DNA of 63,674 bases, filler included, from Octopus bimaculoides (GCF_001194135.2; 5 parts of 5 records of this genome joined end to end with filler, not necessarily neighbours in it); one strand, 5' to 3'; positions 14,011-26,952 are shown, counted from the whole stretch's first letter. Numbers and translations are program-made. The notes: a model not told the origin generated them from the sequence alone.

Positions 14011-15285
14011 ATGCAGTTAAATCTGTCCAGTCATAGTTTCGCATCCACAAAGGGCTTAGCCCCATGGACGTCTCGTCAGACTCTCAAGCTGAAGACAAAT
14101 GTAACTCTTCACCTGTGGGAAGCAGGGATCCATTACGGTCATTTGGTCAGTACGTCATCAAAGCATAAACGTTCCAGGGTTAGCAAGGACGGGTTATCTC
14201 CCTTGGACCAGTTCATCTGGGCCAAAAGAGGGGGAACAGGGGATTTTCCCCTTGGGCTGATTTTATATCTTAAGGACACTTCCAGGTCCAATAGAGAATG
14301 GGGAACCTTATGTTTTGCAGCAGGTAATGTTTGAAAGGGATACAAGCACTAAATTTCTGATGAGTGTTCAGTGATTCAAGTTTCAGGGAGTCTTTGAATA
14401 TCTTTGCTCATTCAGCTATACAAAGCTTGCAGCATTTGCTCCTGTTAATGTATAGTCCCAGCTGCTCTAAGGCCCACAATTTGATATTGTATTTATCTTT
14501 GAGGTACCACTCATGGAAGTCCAGGGATGTGATGAATCATCTTTCCAGAATCCTGAAAGAGGATCTGCAGTTGTACAGGCACCGCTTAAAGGCCATCCTG
14601 GCTGACCCGATATATTTTCAGGCTTGGGTACTGGTTGTGCTCACTTAACTGGCACATCTTCGGTTGGCTCCAGGCTTGGAGATGTCGTTGTTGCCGCAGG
14701 TGTTGCTGGAGCTGCCATCGGTGCTGTTATCATTACAAAGCGTCAGTCTGGCAATCACTACCGCTGTTGTCATTGTGGTGGTCATTCCTGTCTGTGACGT
14801 TGGCACTACTATTGCCGATGGTGATGTGGGTGCCATTGTTGGTAATATTGGGTGTGAGGCTGGTGCTGTTGGTGTCAGTGTGGTCGTCATCTCCGGCTGG
14901 AGTCACTGGTATCAGTGCTTGTGTTCCTGCCACTGTTGCTGCTGCTGATACTGTTGATGTTAGATGATCTGTTGCAGCTATTACTATGATCGCTAGGTTT
15001 GGGTATCACCACAGCCTCATAGATGACTCCCTCGGCCTCGCATTGGACTGTCATGGTACACTCTGCAAGAGCAACCAGCATCCTCCTCCTCCAACACCAG
15101 CATTACAGCCCAATAAAACCTGTGAGCAAGCGCGGAAGGCATATGCAATGAGGTCGTCCCGGCTGTGTGAGCAAAGGTGTGCAGGTGCACGGCAGCGATG
15201 ACGGCGTCTAGGCACAGGCAAGGAAGAAACCGAACGTTCGATGACAACAGTTGTAGCAATATCACCAGACTACACCTCATAATGA
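14011..15285 (-). mobile_element. Decayed Penelope-like element: GIY-YIG endonuclease region plus downstream hammerhead-like motif
   Basis: Minus frames 'GCSCRVYHDSPMRG/CEAEGVIYEAVV' (about 15080-15005) and 'KYIGSARMAFKRCLYNCRSSFR..WYLKDK..CKLCIAE*..SLN..KHYLL' (14617-14305) match PLE GIY-YIG organisation; several stops. Confidence 0.7.
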
Positions 15286-15324
15286 TAACAGCATTGAAGG
15301 CAGTTCTAGAAGCAACAACATCTT

Positions 15325-15945
15325 ATATTTAAAATCCTTGCACCCTATGGTATTCCTCCCAGGATTGCTGATGCTATTAGAGCACTGTACACAAACACCA
15401 CTGCCACAGTTATATCTCTTAATAGAGAGGCTGATTTCTTTGAAGTTGAAGCATGTGTTCTGCAGGGTGACACACTTGCACCTTTTTTGTTCATCATTGT
15501 TCTCGACTATGTTCTCAGCTTTTTCCTAGACGGTATAGAGGAAAAGGAACTCCTTTTGAAACCCTGCCAGAGCAGTTGACATTGTACACAATATTTAACT
15601 GATCTTGACTTTGCTGACGATCTTGCTTTGATATCCCATTATATTAAAGATGCAGAATCTTTGTTACGAGCACTGGAGAAAGCAGCAAACCAGGTCGGCC
15701 TTTACTGCAACAAGAATAAGACAGAGTTTATCATGACCTCCTCCAAGTTAACTGAACTTAAATCAGTCAATAATATATCAATCAAAAACGTTGACAACTT
15801 CAAATATCTTGGATCACAAATAGGAGACTCCCAAAAGGACTTTTGCATCTGCAAAGCTCTTGCTTGGGATCCATGTAACAGACTTGATGAGATCTGGTAC
15901 TCAAACCTTCCACCCATGTTAAAAGTTAAAATATTCTTCCACTAG
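15325..15945 (+). mobile_element. RTE-clade LINE reverse transcriptase fragment
   Basis: 'YGIPPRIADAIRALY..VLQGDTLAPFLF..DLDFADDLAL..KTE..FKYLGS'; one in-frame stop. Confidence 0.9.
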
Positions 15946-16300
15946 GATAATGCTTGGCTACATACAACAAGGAGGACATTCCAAAGGCTGGAACAGTTTG
16001 AATGGGAAACAATGCCCCAGCCACCATATTCGCCAGATATTGCTCCATCTGATTATCATTTATTCCACAGTCTTCAAAATCATTTGGACAGAAAAAATAT
16101 GAATTCTATAGACGATGCCAGAATAGTACTGAAGGAGTATTTTTCGTCATGGATAAGTGAATTTTGGAAGTGGGACTTTGCAAGTCTACCAGATAGATGG
16201 AAGAGCATTGCAGAAGATGAGGGAGAGTATATTTTAGATTAATGAACTTTGTTTATCTTAATTTTGAAAAATAAAAGAAGTATTTAAAAAATCACATTAT
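15946..16300 (+). mobile_element. Mariner transposase 3' fragment
   Basis: '*DNAWLH..PQPPYSPDIAPSDYHLFHSLQNHL' matches the HDNARPH and YSPDLAPSD (DD34D) motifs. Confidence 0.9.
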
Positions 16301-17119
16301 TAATGGTTTGGGATTCAGTCCTATTGCATATCTCCAGATTGACCAAAACCTTGAGAGTGAAAGAAGCCCATTGTATGCATGTGTGTGTGTGTGTGTACAT
16401 TTGTGTCTTGTCTTGTCATTGTGTGATTGTTGTAAATGAATGCCATTCACTTCCATTATTTTGCAAAAACAATTTCTGGCTCTGGAGAAATAAATCTTTG
16501 TTTAGAAACAGGTGAAGGTTTGTGACTGACAGCACCACTAGCCATAGAAAATCTGCTTTGATAAACTCCATCTGATTCATGTGAGCATGAAAAAGTGGAT
16601 GTTAAAACAACAACAATAATGAAGAAATAAATAAATTGATGGAACAAAATTCTGAAAAGTTATCAAATCTGTAGTAGAAAGATGCAGAGAATTTATTTAT
16701 TATGGCAATTATTTATCTATTTATTTATTATTCCACTACATGATTCCTAACAGAGTGACACCAAAAATAGTACAGCTTGTAAACAGCCATAGGTTAGGTG
16801 TCTTATTATATTTTCAAATCCTTTGCAATCCTTCCTTCTAAAAGTAATAAAATACCACACAAGCCAACAAAAGAGACTTCATATGATTGCTTGAGTTTTT
16901 ATTTCTACCAGCCTAAATTTCTCTTATACTGCACACCCTGCCATTTGAAAAACAGAGATACATTCTATAATGTAGTTCTGAGAACACAACACCTGAATAA
17001 AAGTTGTGATGGAACCAACATAAGTTGGGGTAGTGAAAATAAAGACAAAATACTTGTAGTAAACTGAAATAATTTTAAATGCATCAAAAGGAGTCATTAT
17101 TATAACAATATTAAAACAG

Positions 17120-17780
17120 GCAGTGAGCTAGCAGAATCATTAACATGCCAAGCAAAATACTTAACAGCATTTTGTTCATCCTTATGTCCTGAGTTCAAAT
17201 TCCACCAAGGTTGACTTTGCCCTTCATCCTTTCAGAGTCAATAAAATAAGTACCAGTTATGCATTGGGGTTGATTTAATTGACTTATCTCCTCCCCAAAA
17301 ATTTCAGGCCTTGTGCCTATAGTACAAAGGATTATTACAAGATTAAAAGGTGGCCAGTGGGCAGAATCATTAACATGCCAAGCAAAATGCTTAGCAACAA
17401 TTTCATCAGTTGTGCATTCTGAGTTCAAATTTTGCTAAGGTCAGCTTTGCCTTTAATCCTTTCGGTGTCAATAAAATAAGTACCAGTTGAACACTGGGGT
17501 TGATGTAATCAACTTACCCCTCCCCTAAAAAATTACTGACCTTGTGTCACAGTTTGTACCATTATTACTGGATTAAAGGTGGAAAACTGGCAAAATTGTT
17601 AGCATGTCAAGAAAAATACTTAGCAACATTTCATCTGTCTTTACATTCTGAGCTCAAATTCAGCTGAGGTTCACTTTGCCTTTCATTCTTCCAAGATCAA
17701 TAAAATAAGTACCTGTCAGATCAATGTATCCCTCTCCCTTTGAAAACTCCTGGCTCTGTACCAAAATTTGAAACCATTAT
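17120..17780 (+). mobile_element. Head-to-tail cluster of three decayed SINE copies
   Basis: Three successive ggcagaatcatt..gagttcaaatt..aagtacc units. Confidence 0.75.
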
Positions 17781-19284
17781 TATCACAAAATTAATATATC
17801 TTCCTTCCTTTCTTGAGCTCCTAACTCCTGGTGGAATTGTCTTGGGTATTTTAAACTTAAAAGAGCTCATTCTTCTTCAGCTCTAACTACTGCCAATTTC
17901 TTCCAAAGAGAGAGAGAGAGAAAGAGAGAAGTAAGAAGGCTGATACTATATTTCTCATCTCAAGATGAAAGGCAAAGTTGACCTAAGTGAGATTGGAACT
18001 CAGAATGCACAGAGCCAGTATCAATACAGCAAAGTAACACTAATGATTCAGCCAATTCACTGCATTATCGTTAATATATTCATGCAATTTGACTTATTTA
18101 ATATGGAACACTTGTCCACTTATTGAAACTAAATTAAGCTTCAACTTAGATATTCTCAGAAAATGTTAATGTTGAATAAAAACTGGATGACAGAGGCCTG
18201 CACTAAGTCAGGCTTCACTCTGTTTACTGGATGTTCATTGTTTGGGAAATACAAGTGCTTTTATAGGCTAAATACATTGAAAAAGGTAAAATAAATCAAA
18301 ATTATATGAACATTAACATTGTTTTAATTGTAAAATCAAGGTTTTTTTATTTTTTTATCATATCTGTGTATCACAAAAATACTTAAAGAATTATTCATTG
18401 ATGGTTTACTAATATTTGGCTCTCAGAACTTATATCAAAACATTTAGACAACAACGAATTACAATGTTGAAGTGATTTTATTTTTATTTTTATTTTTATC
18501 TGCTCCAGTTTTATTAGAAGCTTATTTAACAAACAGACATTTAGAAGTGTCTCTTTAGTATAATCCTCATTCTATCTGGCTCAATCTTTTTACAAATACT
18601 TTACTTTGTGATNNNNNNNNNNCCCGCCTGTTTCGGATAAAGATGTTTGCTCTTTCAGATGATTAGATCAGCAAAAACTATTCCTTAAAACATATGCTGC
18701 TATACTCCATGTATGTATTTATGAATACAACTGCACCAGCACATATAAATATTTTTAAGTGGAGCTGCACTTAAAGTGTTTATATGTGTATGTTATGTGA
18801 AATGAGTTTTGAATTGCAATTTCTTGCCTTTAAGCTGCCGAAAGTCATAATTTGAAAATTAGATGATTAGTGAGAGAGTGGAGGTGGGAGTAGGTGGGAC
18901 AAAAATTTATTGAAACATTTAATTTTTTTCATTTTTCATTCTGATAATACTAATCAAACATTAAAATTTCTTTCCAGAGTGTGATTAGTTACATTTAACA
19001 CTTTTTTTTTTAAAATTAATTTCTAGGCCACTCTCATTCAGATACAAGACAATAAAATGCATTTAAAACAGACTTTAAATGCTGCATTTAATATTTTTGG
19101 AATCAAATTTCTTCAAAAATAGTTTGATTTATTCTTTTTCTTTCCCCTATTTCTTTTAGATTCTTGGGGAAATAGTTGTTATAACTCAGTATGGTAATAT
19201 GAGACATCACATTAGTTTCCATTATTTTTGTTTTTACTCTCCTCTTTGGCTAATAAAGTACAAATCTATGAGATTTACTGTCAC

Positions 19285-19446
19285 TTAATCAGAACCTTCT
19301 TCTGTATCTGAGCTTCGACCTCCTCTCTGTGCTTTCTTCTTTCTGATCTCTTCCAAAGTGGCTTCGACTGTGTCTTCATAATGAGAAGCCAGTAATGACA
19401 AAACGTCCTTGTGAGTGCAATAGTAAAGGAAGAACATGTAAAAGTT
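19285..19446 (-). CDS. Divergent adhesion-type (family B2-like) GPCR, terminal exon (end of TM7, helix 8, C-tail)
   Basis: Acceptor ctatttcag|AAC; NFYMFFLYYCTHKDV...EEGSD*, analogous to 'Q|GFFIFLFHC..KEV'. Confidence 0.8.
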   Translation of the reverse strand, partial: NFYMFFLYYCTHKDVLSLLASHYEDTVEATLEEIRKKKAQRGGRSSDTEEGSD

Positions 19447-19884
19447 CTGAAATAGAAAAATATTGTTCCAAAATTTACCGACATTCAGCAAATGAGATAC
19501 AGAGAGAGATTTATTAGCAGCAAGGTCAAAGACATAGTTGTGTGGTTAAGAAACTACAGGGATCATAAACCCATTAGATTTCTTATTTGTAAGTCAGCTA
19601 TAATTTTTCAATTGTATTTTCCCCTTAATGTAATAAGGATGACGACTGGAGGATATTGTAGAAAAAAAATTAATGAAGGAAACTCTCGTTGTAAGGGTTG
19701 GGAGAAGGGAACACACATTGTAGGGCTGGCCTAGGGCATTAGCTTGCCAGGGAATTATGGAGATTGCATATGAGTTAATGACTTTTATTTTAAAACTGAT
19801 TATAGCTTGTGTCAGTTTCAGAAAGAAATTATAATAAAGATGCAAATGTAAACATGGTACAGCATTAGATAATCTTTAGATATA

Positions 19885-20045
19885 TGAAGGCATGTGGCTT
19901 AGTGGTTAGGGTACTGGACTCATGATTGTAAGATTGTGGTTTCAATTCCTGGACTGGGTGACACATTGTGTTCTTGAGCAAAAACACTTTTTTTCACATT
20001 GCTCCAGTCCACTCAGCTGGCAAAAGTGAGTAATCCTGTGATGGA
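19885..20045 (+). mobile_element. tRNA-derived SINE, second family (core tgctccagtccactcagctgg)
   Basis: Head ggcatgtggcttagtggttaggg..ttcaattcc. Related copies at 23720-24000 (-), 35800-36150 (-) and 63253-63580 (+). Confidence 0.65.
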
Positions 20046-20151
20046 CTAGTGTCCTGTCCAGGTGGGGAATTTATATGCTATGGAAACCAGGAAACCAGCC
20101 CTTATGAGTTGGTATAACTCAAGAAGGTAAAGAAAAACTTTCGATACTAAC

Positions 20152-20281
20152 CTGTGGTCCTGCAATAAGGATAAAAGCCCAACCGAAAGGAAGTGTGCTA
20201 TATCCAGTGAGTGGAACCAAACCAAGCAACCAGCCAGTTCCGAAAAGATGCATTTCACCAAAGAATGTGACAGCAAGATTC
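20152..20281 (-). CDS. Adhesion-type GPCR exon (TM6-ECL3-TM7)
   Basis: ttacag|G ... CAG|gttagt, phase 2 to 0; NLAVTFFGEMHLFGTGWLLGLVPLTGYSTLPFGWAFILIAGPQ. Confidence 0.8.
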
Positions 20282-21584
20282 CTGTAAGTAGCCATGAGAG
20301 AAACTGATATAAATACATTTTGCTAATGATAAATGAGATTATACAATAGATAACAGTTCTTAGAATATTTTTTTTTTCCAAAACCAATGGCTAGTTTTCA
20401 ATAGAAGGAAAAAAAGGGAATATATTGAACTCTAGAGTATTAGCATTTATTTTATTGATCCTGGAGCAATGAAAGATAAAACCATTTCTAGCAGAATTTG
20501 AATGTAAAGATACAAGACATTTCATCCAGCTTTCTTACTATTTCTGCCAACTTGCTTCCCATTGTTATTTATAATAAGCATATGAAATACACTTTTACAT
20601 AAGATGCACCCCTTTTTTTAACAGGTATATTTTGTGGAGGAAAAAAACAAATAAATTTAGCATATTTGATCACACATGTATTGAAAGATATTTTAACATT
20701 GTTTTATAGGGGAAAATGTATGATTCTATGTACGTAAACACAATATTGTGACAGTATGAAACCATAAATTTATCATAAATAAACTATGTTATCAGAGTCT
20801 TGTGGTTTTGTTGTCATCCCCACTCATTGCAAATAGCTCAGAGATAAATGAAAGTTCAACATTCCTATCGTCTCTATAGGAGAATTGTTTATTTAGATAA
20901 TAAATAAATGTTTCTTAAAGATCATTGAATAAGGTAAGACATCTATCAAGTATTGGTTATGTACACTGGGGAAGGAAATATAATGAGATGACGTAGTCTC
21001 TCCACATAACTGTTGACACTGAGTGTGCAATTTATTTTAATAAGTTTGTCCTAACCGAGTAAAAATTTGGTGTGAGGGCACAACCAAGACAATTAATCCC
21101 AGCACTTGACTGGTATTCATTCATTGAAACCTGGAAAGGATTAAAAGGCAAAGTTGACTCCAGTGGGATTTGAACTCAGAATATTAACAGCTATAATTAA
21201 AAATTGCAAAGCATTCTGTCTGTTGCTCTATATATTCTGCCAATCCAAATATTTTTATTCCATTCACATGAATGATTCATTCAAGGGATACAGATATTCA
21301 AGTTAGCATGTTTCATCACCATTGCAGGTATACACTCATCTATTTAGAATTGAAAATAACTTAACTTCTCCCCATACTCATTCTCTGTTTGCTGTATGTG
21401 TTTTCACTTCAGCTCCTGTGTATCAGCTGTCCCAGGCAAACATTGACCATATGTTACCAACCCAACATACTTCAACACAGTAATAAAAATGAGAAATCCT
21501 TTGATCACAAGTCCATTTGATTTGGGTTAACTTGGGTATAAATAACAACAGCTACAACACAGTGATAAAAATAACTCAATATTC

Positions 21585-22435
21585 ATCATCATCATCATCA
21601 TCATCATCGTCATCTTTTAACGTCCATTTTCCATGCTGGCATGGGTTGGACAGTTTGACTGGGGACTAGCAAACCAGGAGGCTGCACCAGGCTCCAATCT
21701 GATCTGGCAATGTTTCGACAGCTGGATGCCCTTCTTAACGCCAACTTCTTCTTTTCTGCTTCTCCATTGGCTATATATGCATGTCTCCCAGCCTCCCTTC
21801 TGGCTGTCTGGTACAGTTCCTTGCTACCCCAACTCTTCCAGGTTTTCTAGGCCAGTTTCTTTGTTCTAATGGCTTTGTCTACTGTATACCACAATACCCT
21901 AGGTCTGGAAGGGACTTTGCACCAGCTGCAGATTTGGTCTGTGGCACTCAGTAAGCTGTCACGTAAGAATTTCCAGTTACCCTCTATGTCACAAGTCTGC
22001 AGCTCCTCCTCCCTCCCATCAAATTTCTCAGTGACGATGTCCCTAAATCTTTGACCATGTGAAGGGTTCTTTAGCTTCCAAATCCTTCTTTTCTGGATTG
22101 GTCTGCTTCTTGACAACCTTCTGGCCTCGAGTCTGAAGTCACTAATGACTAGTCTATGTTGGTGGGGGGGGGGTACATTCTTCACCAGGGAGGGTCTTTG
22201 TATTGAAGAGCAACCATGCATCCTGCTATCTGGTGAAGATGAAATCAATCTGGCTAGCAGAGTCACCTGATTGATAGGTTATCAGGTGGCTGTCTGGGTT
22301 CCTGAATTTGGTGTTGCAGATTAATAGGTTGCTTGCATCACAGAACTCCAGTAGCTTGGTTTCAGGAACCAATTCCATGGCCCCCGTGAACATTATGGAA
22401 GATACTAGATTGCCATCCAACATGTCCCATATTAC
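21585..22435 (-). mobile_element. RTE LINE fragment: APE C-terminal half and linker fused directly to the family 3' tail
   Basis: 'LLEFCDASNLLICNTKFR..LITYQSG..SQIDFIFTR..QHRLVISDF..RRIWKLK' followed by gttggcgttaagaagggcatcc...(gat)n. Confidence 0.85.
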
Positions 22436-22870
22436 CTTTTGTGAATAAAATAACAAGTATTTTGTACTAGATACAAAGGTCTTATATCTTAGAAGAATGA
22501 AAAAGAGAAGCGTGTAAAACTTGTGCCTTTCTCATGGTTTCAATAACCATATTTGATGGTATAAAAAGTGCATGGACATATTCGATGTCCTTTAGTTTCA
22601 GCAGTGCATATTCTAGATGAAAAGAAGTTTCAAGTGAATTAAAAAATGTTATATTTAAAGTAATGTAGCAGTACATTAATTTGCATATAGGACCTGAGAT
22701 GGTTTTTTTGAGAAACTTTTCGGAGAAAAACCATGTGTCTTATATACAAGTGTATAGTAGAGAAACAAGTGAAATCAAAATGGAGGATGCACTAAATGCT
22801 GACATAGAAGGCATCAGTATTAAAATCAGTTGAATATTTCTTTTCTTAGTTCCTTAATTTGATGACTTAC

Positions 22871-22962
22871 GTTAGTTTTTGTTTCATTGATCTTCTTTCC
22901 TCTTTCTCACAATCTTTCTTCCATCGATTCCACAGAGATAATAGCATCACCAACTGATTAAA
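22871..22962 (-). CDS. Adhesion-type GPCR exon (end of TM5, ICL3)
   Basis: tctttag|TTT ... AC|gtaagt, phase 0 to 2; FNQLVMLLSLWNRWKKDCEKEERRSMKQKL. Confidence 0.8.
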
Positions 22963-23685
22963 CTAAAGACAGAAGAGAACAGTTATGAAAGAATAAGAAA
23001 ACCTCACAGGTTAATTTTTTAATTCAAAATTAATTCAGAGGAATTCTAAGATTTTGTTTTAAAATTTCAGACCTTTTTTTTTTTTTAATGTCATGTTTGA
23101 ATGAGACTTTTTAATTATATATTCTTCAAACAACTGTTTTTGTTCCTGGATGATCTTTCTGCTATAAAACATTCGAGCATAAATTTCAAACAGAATCTGT
23201 CTATCCAGCTAGGCAAAGTGAAGCAGTTAGAGATATATACCTTCCCTATAATTTTAAAATGTTTGTGCATGTATATGCATGTGTGTGTGGGGCGGAGGTA
23301 TGTAGCTTAGTGGGTAGGGTGCTGCACTCTTGATCTTGGTTCGATTCTCAGACTGGTAGATAATGTATACACAGATATATACATTATCATCATCATTTAA
23401 CATCTACCGTCCATGCTGGCAACATACATACATTTTATGTATGTGGGTGGGTGTATGTGTGTGTGTATGCATGCGTGCATTGGTCCAAAGATCATATAAC
23501 CCAAAAAGAAGCACACTCCAAAACATTAGAGTAGTAATATTTAGAAGGTTGTCCATTATAGGTAACTTGTTAGAAACAAATGGCCTGAGTCTGACGAGTC
23601 ACCTATACAGTTAAGTGCCTTATATATGTGAAACGAATGGCCACTCTCTGACCAGCCATAATAAACAGCCTTCTAAATGTATGCA

Positions 23686-23717
<32 letters not shown>

Positions 23718-24129
23718 GCGCATGACTGACCATGGGATTGCACCTAGAAAGTTACCCTCTCAGGTGCAGGTACAGGTACAGGCAAGGTTGTTTATGAAAC
23801 ACCAGCAGTTGCCCATGCATACTGGCCTCCCCTCTCCATGCCACTAGTGTTATCCAAGGGAAAGGCCGATACAACTTGGCACCTGTGATGTCACAACCCA
23901 TTTCTACAGCTGAGTGAACTGGAGCAACGTGAAATAAAGTGTTTTGCTCAAGAACACAACATGCAGCCCAGTCCTGGATTCGAACTCACAACCTCACACA
24001 CACACACACACATATATATATTATATGTACATATTGTTATAGTCCTCATATAATCTAAAACTTCGGACTGTGTCTTAAAAGTTGTCTAACCATTTTCTTC
24101 TTTTTATTGTTTGTGTTTGTGTGTGTGTT

Positions 24130-24172
<43 letters not shown>

Positions 24173-24518
24173 ATACATGTATGTATGTATGCATGTATGT
24201 ATGTATGCTTGCAAGTGTGTTAAGAAGTTTGCTTCCCAACCTCATGGTTTCAGGTTCATTTTGCAATGATAACATACGTATATACAGTCGTGAAGAACAT
24301 AGGTCTGTTTTTTTTGTACATGTGATGTACTACCTTCTATTTATTAAAACTAGCAATTTAGTCAAGAACTATATTTTTGATTTTGCCTATTCTTTCTTCT
24401 AGATATTGAAGCATTGGATTAGTTATAAGGTAAGTATATCCCTATGTTGTATCTATTTGAATTGTACTTGACATAACAATTAAAATTTTTTTTTAAATGT
24501 CCCAAACTTTTGGCCACA

Positions 24519-24563
<45 letters not shown>

Positions 24564-26072
24564 CAATTGCAGCGTGGAAGGTGTTTATAAGCCATTTAAA
24601 ATAACACACAAATGCAGCTCAGATGCAGCACAGAATTTTGTCAGTGAACAGGTTGCGGTCTCAAAGCGACAAAATATTTTGACAAATTAAATTTAAATGG
24701 TATTGAGAATTGGAAGCAGAGTTGATGCAATGGAAGAATGTTGTAGGGAAAGTGGAGTGAAAAGGAGATGCAAAACTTAAATATAATCTTTTATCTTTTA
24801 TTTGTTCCAGTTGAACTTATTCTATCATTTTCTTTTCCTGAGCAGCTAAGTTTCTGGGATGTAGACAAACCAATACCGGTTGTCAAGTGGTAGTGGGGAC
24901 AAACAAATACACACACACACACACACACATCAATCAATTATTCATAAGTCCAAAAAGGCACACTCTAAGATTTTTTTTAGTAGCAATATTTAAAGGAGTT
25001 GATGGTTATAAATGGACAGAAAGTATTCAGAAAGTATTCTCCATTAGCCTCTTTGCTAATGGAGAATACAGTTTGATCAGCAAGGGTGTGAAAAAAACCC
25101 AAAATGAAACTCTTTGAAGTGAGAACCATATCTGGACGAGATGGAGTTATCTCGCTTTGACCAATTTCTTTTGTGTTCAAGAAGAATCATGTATGATTTC
25201 CGTCCACTTGGAAATTTTCTCTCATGGGAGCACTGACTAAATATTTTACTTTTAGAAATCATGAGACAAAATTCGTATTGGAAATGTAGAATTGCCTGTT
25301 TACTGAATGGAAATCATGTATAAGTTACAGTATTCTTCTTTTAATACGAAATATGATTGTAGAAGCTATGTTTGATCTACCCTCTTGCATTCCTATATAT
25401 TTTCTATGCTCCATTCTAGATTTGGTAATAGTGATGTCTTTTATGTATACAACTGATTTAATATTGCATGACTAGTTGCGCAGACATGCATTGGTATTTC
25501 TGCAGATGTTCTATGCCTTAGGTAATTTTAACTTTGAAAATGTTATAATTAATTACCTTAATCCACTTACTCAGAATTTCCCATCTGCATACATTTACAT
25601 GGCAACTATATGCAGGTGAGAAATTTCAGAGGGGTTGCATTTCTGAACATAAGGGCTAAAGTGTTCAATGAGGGTGAAGAGAGGAATTCAATGATCAGAT
25701 TGAGTTCTTAAATGCATAAGTAAATTTATATCAGCAGGCAATCAAACTGCACATTTATTATTTAAACTAAATACTAATGTCACCAACCTCCAGATGAGTA
25801 TACAAACACTTGGACACTGTTCCATTTCATGAGAAAATTTTTTTTTAAATCATTGGTACTTATTTGACCTACTCTGGATAAAATAACTCTTAAATACACA
25901 TATGGGTACTTACAGTGGAAGCTTTGTTTCTAGATAAGAGAGCAGTTCTTTCTCTGTTGAGAATTTTTTTAAACAAAACCAGGACAAACATAGTGTCACA
26001 GATGCAGTTCTGTCACCTGCATAATGTCAATGATGCCTGAATTACTGAGCAATAATTGCATTTTCTACTTAC

Positions 26073-26133
26073 ACCAAGTATACAGTAGAGAGGTCCCATG
26101 AAAATCCATTGCGTCCATTCTGTGAGCCAACAT
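26073..26133 (-). CDS. Adhesion-type GPCR exon (ECL2 'CW' and start of TM5)
   Basis: ttgcag|A ... GGT|gtaagt, phase 2 to 0; CWLTEWTQWIFMGPLYCILG. Confidence 0.85.
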
Positions 26134-26952
26134 CTGCAACAGAACCAAGCAGTTGAATAAAATACATAACAACAAAGACTTAATTCAAACAAATTTAAAA
26201 TATTAACTTTTCTCAGCACAACATCATACATAAGAGAGACTGATTTTATAATTATTGTCCTAAAGCTAACTTACTTTCAAAACAAGTTTTAACTAAACTA
26301 TTATTTAAAAATGCTTCTTTGTGAGTATCAGCATTTCAAATTTTTACTTATCAATGTTAACTTTGATTTTGCTTTTTGAGGTGCTTTTTGCAACTTCCAT
26401 CATCATCATCATCATCATTTTAATATCCATTTCTCCATAAGTAAATGAGTTGGATGAAATTTGTTGGGAAGGATTTTTCTATGTCTGGATACCATTCCTG
26501 TCACCAACACTCACCTGTTTCCAAGAGAGGTAATATTTCTTTGTGATCAGACAAGTTTTCAAGGAATATTGGAAATGAAAGCCATCATTTATATGACATT
26601 GAAGTTTATTTACAATTATCATGTGAAGCCTAGGCCAGGAGACAGTAACATACAGACACACATATGCATGCAATTACATGCACAGACATACAGACACACA
26701 GACATGCATGCACACACACACACACACACACAATGTATGTCCCTGGATGCATGTATATGCGCACACAGACACACACACATATGATAGGCTCCTTTCAGTT
26801 ACCCTTTCCCAAATCCACTCACAAGGCTTTGGTCAATCCAGAGCTATAGTAGAAGACTTTTGCTCAAAGTGCTGCACAGTAGTAGGACTGAACCCAAGAC
26901 CATATGGTTGGGAAGCAAGCTTCTTAACCACACAGCCACACCTACATCTTTA

